From the IMG/VR virus record IMGVR_UViG_3300035701_000001: DNA of 64,000 nucleotides. One strand, written 5' to 3'. The notes beneath the pieces were generated by a model that had not been told where the DNA came from, made no database searches, and saw only the letters and a program-made list of their open reading frames with translations. Positions 19,043-29,754 of the stretch are shown in pieces; the first letter of the stretch is position 1, and each line of letters begins with the position of its first letter. The stretch comes from a virus. A program made the position numbers and the translations under genes.

Positions 19043-19557
19043 CGGAACTCGCGATCCTGTCGCTTGTACTGGCCGCTGCCTCCGATGTGGAACGAGGAGA
19101 GGAAGAGGCCTGGGCTGATCGGTTCGAAGAGGCGGATCGGTTGCGGAAGAAATATGGAATCCCCTCACTCACTCCAAAGGAGCGGATGACGATTCTGCTT
19201 GGGCAGCCCTTTTTCACTGGATACGCGGTCCAGTCGACTGGATACTGCAAGAACTCGGACAGACCGGACATCCGAGAGACAGGAATCCTGTTCACCATCT
19301 ACAAGCCTTCCTTGGGACTACTGGGCGGATTTCATCTGGACCCGGAGAAATGCTGTTGGAAATGGGATCTCGTCTTGAAGAACCGGATTCCGTACAACCG
19401 GGAGGTCTCCTTCACAGAGGCCAAGGCATTCGGCCGAGAAGAAGCCCAACGCCTGTTCGTGACCCATGCCCCAGGTCTCCTCTTCGAAGGACTCTGGCTG
19501 ACGCGGGAGTCGGCCCTTTGTGTGCTGGGGCCCACGTCCCTGGGGCAGATCCGATGA
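19039..19557 (+). CDS. Family A paralog 26
   Basis: first 37 nt identical to paralog 25, different body. Confidence 0.9.
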   Translation: MTELAILSLVLAAASDVERGEEEAWADRFEEADRLRKKYGIPSLTPKERMTILLGQPFFTGYAVQSTGYCKNSDRPDIRETGILFTIYKPSLGLLGGFHLDPEKCCWKWDLVLKNRIPYNREVSFTEAKAFGREEAQRLFVTHAPGLLFEGLWLTRESALCVLGPTSLGQIR

Positions 19558-19566
19558 AGAGTAGAG

Positions 19567-19580
19567 GCCAAACGGGATAG
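19567..19580 (+). promoter_or_regulatory. motif class 2 copy
   Basis: GCCAAACGGGATAG in an intergenic gap. Confidence 0.3.
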
Positions 19581-19607
19581 AAGGAAGGTGGAACCCCGGA
19601 GCCGTTC

Positions 19608-20087
19608 GTGATCCTGGAACTCACCATTCTTGCCCTGGCCGTCGCCTCCGATCTCGAAGGCGAGGAGACCTGGGAAGACCGCTTTGCTCGGTGCGATGCG
19701 GAACGGGCGAAGTACGGGATCGAGCCCCTTTCCGCTCGGGAGCGCATGGCCTGGATGATCGGAGTCCACCCCTGTGCTCCTCGCTATATCATTACCGACT
19801 TTTATGGCAAGGTGCTTGCTGGACATGCTCGGTTCCTCCGGATCCTCAAAGCGACTCCCCGTAAGAAGGATGGGGAGTTGATCTGGAAGCCTCACACCAT
19901 AGATGATCTGGAACGACTCGGGTACGTCACGGAGAGAAAGAAAGGATGGGACGAGGCGTACCGAATGTCCGAACGACTCAGGATTCCATTTGGTAGATCC
20001 TCTGGAATGTCGAATTTTCTCGTCCATGACTCCGAGTATCGGTACCTGGACGACGCCCCCGGAGTCTGGAGGAAATACCCCGCATGA
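19608..20087 (+). CDS. Family A paralog 27
   Basis: GTG start; family core. Confidence 0.9.
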   Translation: MILELTILALAVASDLEGEETWEDRFARCDAERAKYGIEPLSARERMAWMIGVHPCAPRYIITDFYGKVLAGHARFLRILKATPRKKDGELIWKPHTIDDLERLGYVTERKKGWDEAYRMSERLRIPFGRSSGMSNFLVHDSEYRYLDDAPGVWRKYPA

Positions 20088-20617
20088 TCTCTGGACTTGC
20101 CCTTGCCACGCTCACCTTGGCCTTTGCCTCCGACTCCGAAGGTGAGGAGTCCTGGAAGGACCGCTTCGACCGGTGCGATGCGGAACGGGCGATGTATGGG
20201 ATCGAACCCCTGACAGCGGCCGAGCGAATGACGTGGATGCTCGGGCAGGCCCCTCCAATCCCCTGTTACCTGCTCCAGGCCTGGTGGCACAAAGCCAAGG
20301 CGTACATCCAGACGTACAAGGACAACGCCACGTGGACCCTCCGGATCTACAAGGCGACCCCCCGCAAGAAGGACGGAGTGTTGATCTGGAAGGTCCACCG
20401 GATCGATGACTTCGAAGGAATGGGGCTGATTCGGTTCGAAAAAGAGTTTGGCTGGGGACCTATGCGGAAGGAAGTTGCACGGATCTCCGAACGGCTCCGG
20501 GTTCCCATGGCAGGAAACTGTGGGTCGAACTTCGAACTTCTCCGTACGACCTACCGTTTTCCCTGGGATCCTCTCCCTACCTACACAAAGCTCGGCGCAA
20601 AGAGGGGAATGCCATGA
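20084..20617 (+). CDS. Family A paralog 28
   Basis: shares KATPRKKDGxLIWK with paralog 27. Confidence 0.9.
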   Translation: MISGLALATLTLAFASDSEGEESWKDRFDRCDAERAMYGIEPLTAAERMTWMLGQAPPIPCYLLQAWWHKAKAYIQTYKDNATWTLRIYKATPRKKDGVLIWKVHRIDDFEGMGLIRFEKEFGWGPMRKEVARISERLRVPMAGNCGSNFELLRTTYRFPWDPLPTYTKLGAKRGMP

Positions 20618-21258
20618 TCTCTGCCCTCTCCCTGCTTTCTCTTGTTTTTTCCGTTGTTTCGGACGGGGAAGAAACCGAGTCGTGGGAAGAGATTTTTGAG
20701 AGGGCGGATGCCCTGCGGGCCCAGTATGGAGTCCCGCCGATTCCGCCTTCCGAACGCATGAAGATCCTGATCGGAAAATCGACGCTTTCCTTCTCGGAAT
20801 CCGAGTTCGAAAGAGCGAATCTTCTGCGTGAAAAGATCGGTATTCCTCAAATCGTAAAGAATGAAGGAGCTTCTCTTCTTACGAGAACCCACTTGTTTCC
20901 TCCGGAATGGATGGTTGGATTCTTGGATGAGGAGACGAGGAAAGCCTCTGGAATTCGCAGGAAGAAGGGAGGACCTCTCGACCGGGATCGATACGGACGG
21001 TACGTTGGAATCTACCGGTTGAAACCAGGTCCAGAGCCGGATCGTCCCTTCTACGATCTCGTCTCGTTTCTTTCGATGAAAGATCCGTTTTTTTCAAAAG
21101 AAATTCGCAAGATGGAAAACCATCAGATTGTCGAAGTGGCCTCGAAGATGCTGCTTGTTCCATCCTATTATTACATGTGGTTGATTTTTCAGTATCCTGG
21201 TTGTGGAAGAGCTTTTCATCCCCTCGAAGAGCACCTCGTGGTCTGGCCATGGGAATGA
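20614..21258 (+). CDS. Family A paralog 29 (partial internal duplication of core)
   Basis: FERADALRAQYGVPPI then FERANLLREKIGIPQI. Confidence 0.9.
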   Translation: MISALSLLSLVFSVVSDGEETESWEEIFERADALRAQYGVPPIPPSERMKILIGKSTLSFSESEFERANLLREKIGIPQIVKNEGASLLTRTHLFPPEWMVGFLDEETRKASGIRRKKGGPLDRDRYGRYVGIYRLKPGPEPDRPFYDLVSFLSMKDPFFSKEIRKMENHQIVEVASKMLLVPSYYYMWLIFQYPGCGRAFHPLEEHLVVWPWE

Positions 21259-21701
21259 TCTGGACTCTACCATTTCTGGCCTTGGCCGCTGCCTCGGATT
21301 CCGAAGGCGGAAACGAAGAGGCCTGGGCCGAGCGGTTTGCCCAGATCGATGCCTGGCGGAAGGATTGTGGAATCCCTGTGCTCAGTCCCCAGGAGCGGAT
21401 GTCGTTCCTCCTTGGGTTTCCCCAGGTTCCCCGTGATTGGATCGTGACGTACCATTTCCTGCGCGAGGATATTGATCAATTGAAGACGCCGGAATCGGTT
21501 GGGTTTTCCGTCGTCTTGCTGCGACAGGAACCCGGTACGACCTACTGGACCCTCCACCGGAAATGGGGTGGGTATCGAATCGACCAGGCCATCGAGGAGG
21601 CCACACGGATTTCCCGGAATCTACTCGTGGGGCTTGACCTCAGCATCACCCTGTTCCGTCCTGTGTCCGAGACGAAGTACGAGACGGAGCACCTGAAATG
21701 A
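21255..21701 (+). CDS. Family A paralog 30
   Basis: ATG 21255 MIWTLPFLALAAASDSEGGNEE. Confidence 0.9.
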   Translation: MIWTLPFLALAAASDSEGGNEEAWAERFAQIDAWRKDCGIPVLSPQERMSFLLGFPQVPRDWIVTYHFLREDIDQLKTPESVGFSVVLLRQEPGTTYWTLHRKWGGYRIDQAIEEATRISRNLLVGLDLSITLFRPVSETKYETEHLK

Positions 21702-22192
21702 TCGAGACCCTGCTGTTGTCGCTTGGACTCGCTGCCCTTTCCGACGAGGAGAAAGAGAACGAAGAGGACTGGGCCAAGCGATTTGCGCAGATAGATACCG
21801 AGCGAAGCAAGTATGGATTTCCTCAGCTCACAGCCCCGGAACGGATGAAGATCTTTCTCGGGCAGACCTGTGTGAACCCCCGGTATGCTCTCGGGCTCGA
21901 AGGATTGGATCTACCTGATCACAGCGGGTGGGGCTGGGCGATGAGCCTGTATGAGGCATGTGAACCCACTCTGGAAGTCCGGTACCGGTTCTGGATGATT
22001 CCGAAAGGATTTCAACCTGTTTTTCTTCAACCTCGTTTTCGGTCAAGACAATCAGAAAGAATGTCGAGGTGGAAACGTGTCTGTTCCATTGCCAGCCAAT
22101 GCTGGATTCCCTGTCATCTTTCTGTTGGTCGGTGGAATGATGTGCAAAAGATCTCTGCCGAGGAGTACGAGTCCCAGTGGAGATTCCAGTGA
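21698..22192 (+). CDS. Family A paralog 31
   Basis: ATGA overlap; family core. Confidence 0.9.
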   Translation: MIETLLLSLGLAALSDEEKENEEDWAKRFAQIDTERSKYGFPQLTAPERMKIFLGQTCVNPRYALGLEGLDLPDHSGWGWAMSLYEACEPTLEVRYRFWMIPKGFQPVFLQPRFRSRQSERMSRWKRVCSIASQCWIPCHLSVGRWNDVQKISAEEYESQWRFQ

Positions 22193-22713
22193 TTGGTCTT
22201 ATACTCCTACCGCTGGTCCTGGCCGCCGCCTTCGATTCCGAAGGCAAGAGCGAAGAGGACTGGGCCAAGCGGTTTGCAGAGGTTGACGCCCTGCGCACCT
22301 CCATGAGGGTTCGACCCCTCACCGCACGAGAACGGATGAGCCTGGTGATCGGGGGGTCGTTTGGAAAGAAGCCAAAGAATGTAGATCTCGAATCCGTGGA
22401 GGTCCCCGAGTATCTCGTCGGGTACGTGGCGGTTGGAGAGCATGGGACCACGATGGCGAGCATTTCCTGGTACCTCATCGTACTGCAGAGGGAGTCTGAC
22501 GAGGATGGAACTTTTTGGAACGAAATCCACCGTCGGTTGATCCTGCAACACCACTGGGATCTCTGCAGCGAGGAATCCGTCCAGGAGGTACGGATGGCCC
22601 GTGAACAGGTGGAGGAGTGGGCGAGGAAACTTTTGTTACCATTCGAACCCTTTGTACGACACGGGGAACGGATCGATTCCGACTGGATGGATCACGTGGA
22701 ATGGCCACTATGA
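22189..22713 (+). CDS. Family A paralog 32
   Basis: GTGA overlap; family core. Confidence 0.9.
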   Translation: MIGLILLPLVLAAAFDSEGKSEEDWAKRFAEVDALRTSMRVRPLTARERMSLVIGGSFGKKPKNVDLESVEVPEYLVGYVAVGEHGTTMASISWYLIVLQRESDEDGTFWNEIHRRLILQHHWDLCSEESVQEVRMAREQVEEWARKLLLPFEPFVRHGERIDSDWMDHVEWPL

Positions 22714-23201
22714 CGGGAATCGTGCTGCTACCGCTTGTGCTTGCCGCCCTCTCCGACGAGGAGAGGGGTGGGGAAGGGGTGTGGGTCGAACGGTTTGCAC
22801 GGTGCGATGCCCTGCGGATTCAGCGAGGGGTTCGCCCCCTCACAGCACGGGAACGGATGCGGATACTCCTCTCGGATCCCTTCGACCCGCTGAACGAAGT
22901 CCCGGAGTACATGGTCGGATACCATCCCTCCGAAGATCACAAGACCTGGCTTGTCGGAATCTACCGGAATAGCAAGTTTGTCCATCCCCACGAACGCTTC
23001 AAGTGGATTCTGATCCATGAGAAGTCGATGGATCCATTGGACCCTGGAAAACTTGTCTTCTTCGAAGAAGCGACCGTAGGGCAACTTTTGCCGACTGTCC
23101 GTCGGTATGCCTTCGAGATGTACCTGCCCATCGACCCCTACTTGACACCGCAGAATTCCATCTGGGAAGACTGGCGTAGAGACGTGGAGTATCCATGGTG
23201 A
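22710..23201 (+). CDS. Family A paralog 33
   Basis: ATG 22710 MTGIVLLPLVLAALSDEE; shares VPEYxVGY with paralog 32. Confidence 0.9.
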   Translation: MTGIVLLPLVLAALSDEERGGEGVWVERFARCDALRIQRGVRPLTARERMRILLSDPFDPLNEVPEYMVGYHPSEDHKTWLVGIYRNSKFVHPHERFKWILIHEKSMDPLDPGKLVFFEEATVGQLLPTVRRYAFEMYLPIDPYLTPQNSIWEDWRRDVEYPW

Positions 23202-23671
23202 TGGGTCTGGCTTTGCTTCCGCTGTGGCTGGCGGCTACTTCCGATGAAGAAGGAGGAAACGAGGAGGCGTGGGCCGAACGGTTTGCCCAGGTCGACGCGG
23301 AACGAAAATCCTGTGGTATTCCACCGCTTTCTCTACGGGAACGGACGAATGCGATAATCAAGGGACATCCATGGCCCCGTCCGGGGGATCTGGTCGTTGG
23401 ATTTCACGCCAAGAAAACCTGGTATGCCTGCGTATTCTGGGTTCAGTCCATTCCCAGCAGGGCGCTTCCCGGTGGAATATGGAAAAAGGGAATGACCGTG
23501 AACGAGATCATCCATCGGGGTCCTGGTCACACCCTTTCAAAGGGGTGGAAGGCGGGTTCCATCGAAGCCTGCAACAAGGAAATCAAAGAGATGGCCCAGA
23601 GATTTCTGTTGCCCTATGGGTACAACATTCACCTGGAATGCGTGATAGAGGAAGTTCATTACCCATGGTGA
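23195..23671 (+). CDS. Family A paralog 34
   Basis: CCATGGTGA junction; family core. Confidence 0.9.
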   Translation: MVMGLALLPLWLAATSDEEGGNEEAWAERFAQVDAERKSCGIPPLSLRERTNAIIKGHPWPRPGDLVVGFHAKKTWYACVFWVQSIPSRALPGGIWKKGMTVNEIIHRGPGHTLSKGWKAGSIEACNKEIKEMAQRFLLPYGYNIHLECVIEEVHYPW

Positions 23672-24144
23672 CTCTAGCTCTTCCTCTGCTATTCCTGGCC
23701 GCTGCCTCCGATTCAGAAGACAGCAACGAAGGGGCTTGGACCAGGCGGTTTGCAGAGGTCGACGCGAAACGGGCGAAATATGGTATCGAACCTCTCTCTC
23801 CCCAGGAACGCATGGCGTGGATGATTGGAACTTCTCCGCCTCTTCCGTCTTACGGCCTCATGTATTCCCGTGCCGATCTCTGGGGAAACGGTGTGTATAC
23901 ATATGGCATCCGGTTCTACAAGGTTGCGTTTCGAAGAGGGACCGAAGAATTTTCCTGGCGATACTGCATCGAAGATGACGTCCATCGGAATGAAATCAAA
24001 TGGTGTTCTGATTCCATCCTCTTCGAACGTCAATTGTCGGAGGATCTCAGGATTCCCATCCTATTAGCCGTCCAAGGACAAGGAAGCAGGCAATACCGGT
24101 ATGCGGACGATCCGCCCTCAAAATGGAGGGTGTTTCCAAAATGA
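23665..24144 (+). CDS. Family A paralog 35
   Basis: CCATGGTGA junction; MVTLALPLLFLAAASDSEDSNE. Confidence 0.9.
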   Translation: MVTLALPLLFLAAASDSEDSNEGAWTRRFAEVDAKRAKYGIEPLSPQERMAWMIGTSPPLPSYGLMYSRADLWGNGVYTYGIRFYKVAFRRGTEEFSWRYCIEDDVHRNEIKWCSDSILFERQLSEDLRIPILLAVQGQGSRQYRYADDPPSKWRVFPK

Positions 24145-24632
24145 TTCCTGGGATTTCCATCCTGGTTTTCGTGCTGTCCGCCGCCTCGGATTCCGAAGGT
24201 GAGAGCGAAGAGACTTGGGCCGAACGGTTTGCCCGGTGTGATGCGATCCGTGAAAAATACAGAATCCCGCTGCTCACCGCAAAGGAGCGAATGTCGATTC
24301 TCCTCGGACAACACCGTATTTCGACGGACAATCCTCCAAGCCATCTCGTTGGATATTACTGGAGTTCCGGGGAATGGATCGTAGCCTTATACAAGAAAAA
24401 ACCCATTTTTTCAAGGATTCCATATCACAAGGGAGAATCGATCTCCAGAAGCTCAATCTGGAAGACGGTGTGGAAGATTTCCATCGGTGTGGCGAGCGAC
24501 ATTCCAGTCCAGAAAGTACAGGATAAAGCATTGGGAATTGCACGTGAACTTTTGCTCGGCTTCGACGACAGGGTCTGCCCGGATGATCTGGTCGGTTTTC
24601 AATGGGACGAGAACGTGCAGTGGCCATGGTAA
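24141..24632 (+). CDS. Family A paralog 36
   Basis: ATG 24141; ends WPW* immediately before a repeat. Confidence 0.9.
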   Translation: MIPGISILVFVLSAASDSEGESEETWAERFARCDAIREKYRIPLLTAKERMSILLGQHRISTDNPPSHLVGYYWSSGEWIVALYKKKPIFSRIPYHKGESISRSSIWKTVWKISIGVASDIPVQKVQDKALGIARELLLGFDDRVCPDDLVGFQWDENVQWPW

Positions 24633-24637
24633 ATCTT

Positions 24638-24760
24638 CACCACGAAGAACACGAAGGACACAAAGGAAGACGGAGGACCATCCGATCTCTGCATTCTCCG
24701 CGTCCTCGGCGGTAGAAAAGAACGATAGAATTACCACGGAGGACACAGAGGACACAGAGC
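24638..24760 (+). repeat. REP-like repeat family, locus 4 (A, B, A')
   Basis: CACCACGAAGAACACGAAGGACACAAAG...CTCCGCGTCCTCGGCGGTAGAAAAG...ACCACGGAGGACACAGAGGACACAGAG. Confidence 0.9.
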
Positions 24761-24786
24761 AGCTATAGAGAACCTGGAGTCTCCCC

Positions 24787-25179
24787 ATGGTCCTCGAACT
24801 TGCCTTCGTCCCCCTGGTCCTCTCGGTGGTCTCCGACGACGAATCGGAAGGGGAGAAGAACTGGGCCGAACGGTTCGAAGCCATTGACAAGGCTCGGAGT
24901 GTCCGGGGCCTTCCCCTGCTCACCCCGGCGGACCGGTTCCAGTTCTTGATGGGAGAGTTCCCGAAGAACTCGGAGTACGTGATCATGGGGTACGAGACGA
25001 GCCAGGGGGATTACCACGTTTCCATTCTGTGCGTAAACAAGGACAACCCACAGGCCTTCCACTACTTTCGACTCCTCGGCCTCCAGGAATGCCCTCCGAA
25101 AGATGCACGGGCAGAACGACTCCTGCTGCAGTCCTACGGGGAGAAGCTGGCACTTCCCGTCCGGGTGAGGATGAAATGA
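24787..25179 (+). CDS. Family A paralog 37
   Basis: SD GGAG; family core. Confidence 0.9.
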   Translation: MVLELAFVPLVLSVVSDDESEGEKNWAERFEAIDKARSVRGLPLLTPADRFQFLMGEFPKNSEYVIMGYETSQGDYHVSILCVNKDNPQAFHYFRLLGLQECPPKDARAERLLLQSYGEKLALPVRVRMK

Positions 25180-25619
25180 TCGAGGCCCTTGCTCTCGCCA
25201 CGATGACGCTTGCACTCGGTATGGGACCGGACATGCCCGAGGAAGTGCTCTGGACAGGAATCTTCGATGCCATCGACGAAGCCCGGAAACGCTACGAAGT
25301 GCCTCCCCTCTCGGCCGAGGAGCGGATGCGGAAAATGCTCGGGGAAGACCCTCGGGAAGGGGAGTATCTCCTCACGATACTGAGGGGGAAACCCTACAAG
25401 GAAACCGATCCACTCCACAAGATTTTTCCGCCAGATCAGCATTCCCAGTACTTCCTGGCGATCTTGAGAAGAAAAGAAAAGGAAGACGGGGTCCCGTACT
25501 GGGTCCTATACCGTAAACTGACAGTGGAGATGGACTACGCGCCTCTGCGGCTCGGAACGGACAGTCCCGTGGAACGATTCGAGAAGCTCCTGTATCTTGC
25601 CTATCGGAGAAACGGATGA
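25176..25619 (+). CDS. Family A paralog 38 (divergent leader)
   Basis: MIEALALATMTLALGMGPD...WTGIFDAIDEARKRYEVPPLSAEERM. Confidence 0.85.
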   Translation: MIEALALATMTLALGMGPDMPEEVLWTGIFDAIDEARKRYEVPPLSAEERMRKMLGEDPREGEYLLTILRGKPYKETDPLHKIFPPDQHSQYFLAILRRKEKEDGVPYWVLYRKLTVEMDYAPLRLGTDSPVERFEKLLYLAYRRNG

Positions 25620-26326
25620 TCCCGGAACTCCTCCTCGCAAGTCTCATCCTGGCCGCTGCCTCAGACGGGGAATCGGCCGAGGAGGAAGCCTGGGTTGAAC
25701 GGTTCCGGGAAACGGATGCCTACCGCGCGAGCTTCGGGCTCGGACCCCTGACCGCTGCCCAGCGTATGAGGGTGTTGCTGGGACAACCTCCGATTCCAAA
25801 GAAGGAGTATGATCGATGGAGAGAGGACCGAACTGAAGCCAAGAATGCATGTCGGTTTCACCTGATGTATCTCTTGTGGGGTGAGGAACAGGTTCTTGGG
25901 GGAGCCCTCTGTCCCGATGAGGGGTTCTGGAAGACACGGATCACAACGATCAATGCCAACCGGGCTCGACTCTCGGAAGCTGCCCTCGATCATGTCTGGG
26001 AACCGCAACCGACCCCCATTGGAAATGTGCTGGCTCCTGTGACGATTGGTCCCCTGACTCCCGTGGAGATCGGACGGATCCGAAAAGGACAACCTCCTGT
26101 TCTTGGCCTCTTTGTCCTCACGTTCTCTCCTTCCAATTCCGAGACTGATTTTCAGGGAGGTCCCAACATCGAGTTCTGCCGAAAACTCGAATCCGGAAAT
26201 TGGAAGATGCACGACACGCTCTTCATCAAAAACCGAGGCGACTCAGTTGGATCGGACTTTTGTGCGAAGGTATATTCTCAGGAAATCTACCTGCCATTCG
26301 TCCCCCGTCTGAAGGGGGTTGTATGA
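25616..26326 (+). CDS. Family A paralog 39 (longest, 236 aa)
   Basis: family core plus degenerate second GPLTPxE...GQPP. Confidence 0.9.
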   Translation: MIPELLLASLILAAASDGESAEEEAWVERFRETDAYRASFGLGPLTAAQRMRVLLGQPPIPKKEYDRWREDRTEAKNACRFHLMYLLWGEEQVLGGALCPDEGFWKTRITTINANRARLSEAALDHVWEPQPTPIGNVLAPVTIGPLTPVEIGRIRKGQPPVLGLFVLTFSPSNSETDFQGGPNIEFCRKLESGNWKMHDTLFIKNRGDSVGSDFCAKVYSQEIYLPFVPRLKGVV

Positions 26327-26796
26327 TCCTGACCCTTTCCCTTGCCGCACTGGGCTTGGCCACCGTTTCGAACGGAGAGTCGGCCGAGGGAAAAGCCTGG
26401 ATACAACGGTTCGAAACCATCGACCAGAACCGCACAAAATGGGGCATCCCCCTGCTTACACCTCGGGAACGCATGGAGGCGATGCTCGGACAGAAGTCCA
26501 CGAATTCCCTCTACTGCATCACGACGAATTTCAACCGTGAGTTCTACGATGGCCAGGGCAGACACCAGTGGATTTACTGCATCCACTTCTGGAGGTGGAT
26601 GAAGCTGCCCAGGAGCTATTCCGAGGAAGGAGGAATGTGGTCTCCCGAGAAGGCCCCTGCCGAGTTTCAGATGTTCATCCAGGGATACTTCATGGATCTC
26701 ATCGAACAGGCCCGGCAGTTGGCTCGGGACTTGTATCTACCCTTTGCCGTCGGGGAGATCGATGCGTTCTCCCATGCGCTGCCGGAGGAACGATGA
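26323..26796 (+). CDS. Family A paralog 40
   Basis: ATG 26323 MILTLSLAALGLA. Confidence 0.9.
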   Translation: MILTLSLAALGLATVSNGESAEGKAWIQRFETIDQNRTKWGIPLLTPRERMEAMLGQKSTNSLYCITTNFNREFYDGQGRHQWIYCIHFWRWMKLPRSYSEEGGMWSPEKAPAEFQMFIQGYFMDLIEQARQLARDLYLPFAVGEIDAFSHALPEER

Positions 26797-27254
26797 TTTC
26801 GACCCTTGCTTTCGCCGTACTCGGACTGGCCGCCGCATCGGAACCAGAAACGTCGGACGAAAAAGCCTGGGAAAAACGATTCCAGGACACGGATCGCCTT
26901 CGGAAGACCTGGGGCGTTCCTCCCCTCACCGCACGGGAACGGTTTGCGATGCTGCTGGGGCAATCGGCTCCACGGGATACCCATGTCGTCCAGGTCGTCC
27001 ATGTCATCGACCAGATCGGTTGGTGTCCGGAACCCCGGTATCCGGAACGGTACGACATCCTCATCTGGCAATTCTTGGGGACGAAAAATGAAGGGGAACC
27101 CCTCTGGAAAGATGCAGGCCGGTACAAGTGGTCTTCCAAAGATTCGAACGAAGGAGAAAAGACTGCAAAACACCTGTCCGACATTCTCTACATTCCCTTC
27201 TCGGAAGAAAATCCCAAGAACTCCATCGGCATTCCGAAGTTCAGGGAGGGTTGA
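26793..27254 (+). CDS. Family A paralog 41
   Basis: ATG 26793 MISTLAFAVLGLAAASE. Confidence 0.9.
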   Translation: MISTLAFAVLGLAAASEPETSDEKAWEKRFQDTDRLRKTWGVPPLTARERFAMLLGQSAPRDTHVVQVVHVIDQIGWCPEPRYPERYDILIWQFLGTKNEGEPLWKDAGRYKWSSKDSNEGEKTAKHLSDILYIPFSEENPKNSIGIPKFREG

Positions 27255-27257
27255 TCG

Positions 27258-27692
27258 ATGTCCGTCCTTCCCTTGACACTCATCTCCCTCGCACTTGCCG
27301 CCGGTTCGGACGGGGAATCCTCCGGGGAGAAGACCTGGGAAGAGCGGTTCGACGCCCTGGACGCTGCACGGAGAGAATTCTTCGTTCCTCCACTTTCCGC
27401 CGAGGAACGGATGCGGGTACTGCTCGGGGAACTCCCAAACAACAAGGAGTACGTGGTCTCTGCGGAATACGTGAGCAGTGGCTGGTACGGAATCGTCCTG
27501 CACCCGATGGAACAGAAAAGGAAGTCCCGGTTGAGCCAGGTCCAGAAGAGCCCCTGGGCGTGGGGTCGATTTGCGGGACATGTCGAGTTTCACGTGCTCT
27601 ACCATTCCCGGTGGATCGAAGAGCTTTCGAAACGCTTGTTCCTTCCTGCACGGGAGGATTTGCGGGTGGGGTCGCCATGTTCGAAGGGCTGA
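27258..27692 (+). CDS. Family A paralog 42
   Basis: SD GGAGGG; family core. Confidence 0.9.
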   Translation: MSVLPLTLISLALAAGSDGESSGEKTWEERFDALDAARREFFVPPLSAEERMRVLLGELPNNKEYVVSAEYVSSGWYGIVLHPMEQKRKSRLSQVQKSPWAWGRFAGHVEFHVLYHSRWIEELSKRLFLPAREDLRVGSPCSKG

Positions 27693-28099
27693 GCCTGATC
27701 ACCCTGGCCCTCTCGGCACTCTCCGAGGGAGAGGGCTCCGGGGAGGAATCCTGGGTCCAGCGGTTCGAAGAGGTCAATGCCCTGCGCTTCAAGTACGGAA
27801 TCCCGGTACTCACGGCTCGGGAACGGATGGAGGTGATGCTGGGAGAACCCCCCTCGTCCCATTTGACATGGGCCATTCGATTCCAAGAAAATTCCCTCAA
27901 TCCAAACGCCTACGACACCACGCTGGACCGTTACGATGGAGAACGGGAGAGATGGACCTTTGTGAACGTCTTGCGCACGGAGGTTGTCGGGTCAAACCGT
28001 GACGAGGACAAGAAGTGGGAGAAAAACTTTCATCTCCTCGAAGGACGAGCAGAGGACCTTGCTCGGTTCCTCCACATTCCCTTTGAATCTGTCGTCTAG
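27677..28099 (+). CDS. Family A paralog 43
   Basis: ATG 27677 MFEGLSLITLALSALSEGE. Confidence 0.9.
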   Translation: MFEGLSLITLALSALSEGEGSGEESWVQRFEEVNALRFKYGIPVLTARERMEVMLGEPPSSHLTWAIRFQENSLNPNAYDTTLDRYDGERERWTFVNVLRTEVVGSNRDEDKKWEKNFHLLEGRAEDLARFLHIPFESVV

Positions 28100-28861
<762 letters not shown>

Positions 28862-28865
<4 letters not shown>

Positions 28866-29293
28866 TGTTGCCCGTTCTTTCCCTCGCATTCCTCGGGATG
28901 GCCGCTGCCTTGGACGGGGAAGAGTCTGGGGAGCAGTCGTGGGCTCGATGGTTCGAAGAATGCGACCGACTGCGGGCTCAATATCACCTTCCTCCACTCA
29001 CAAGGCGGGAGCGGATGAAGAAAATGCTCGGAGAACCCAATCGGACGGAAGAATACTTTGTCGAAATCGGAAGTTGGAGGAAAACCAAAAAGGGAATCCT
29101 CTTGTTTGACCTGGAGATTTACAAGGAACAACAACCAGAACCTTTCTACCGAATGAGGTCCTGGCTCAGGATAGGGGTCAAACACTTGAAATCCGGGAAG
29201 TTCGAGGGAAAAGTGATTCGATTGAACAAGCAATGGATCCAGGCAGGAAGGACGTTTGCCGAAAAACTCTATCTCCCGTTCAAACTCACATGA
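28862..29293 (+). CDS. Family A paralog 46
   Basis: ATGA overlap; family core. Confidence 0.9.
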
Positions 29294-29754
29294 CTCTGCC
29301 TTTTTTCATCGTTGCGCTCGGACTCGCCGCTGCCTCGGAGGGGTCATTTCTCGACGAATCCGCCTGGCAAGAACGGTTCCAGCAGATCGACGATCTCCGT
29401 GTCCTTCATGGGATTCCCCGGCTGTCTCCACGAGAACGGATAAACCGGATGCTCGGACATTCCCCGCTTGACTACTTCTACTCCGTGACCGTCGAGCAGA
29501 ACGTTCACAACGGGCTACAGTACGATACCGTCCTGTGGAAGTGGAAACGGGACTTCCGTCACAAGGAAGCGAATCGAAAAGAGTGGGTTGCCGTTGCTGT
29601 GGAACAATTGGATAATGACTTTCTGGAAGACTACAACCTGGAAATCGGAGAACAGACAGCGGACTTGATGCGGATGGAAAAATCAGCACGAGAAAGAGCA
29701 CGTTCCCTCTACATCCGATACGGGTCTCCATGGATCTGGGGGCAAGAACCCTGA
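29290..29754 (+). CDS. Family A paralog 47
   Basis: ATG 29290 MTLPFFIVALGLAAASE. Confidence 0.9.
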   Translation: MTLPFFIVALGLAAASEGSFLDESAWQERFQQIDDLRVLHGIPRLSPRERINRMLGHSPLDYFYSVTVEQNVHNGLQYDTVLWKWKRDFRHKEANRKEWVAVAVEQLDNDFLEDYNLEIGEQTADLMRMEKSARERARSLYIRYGSPWIWGQEP

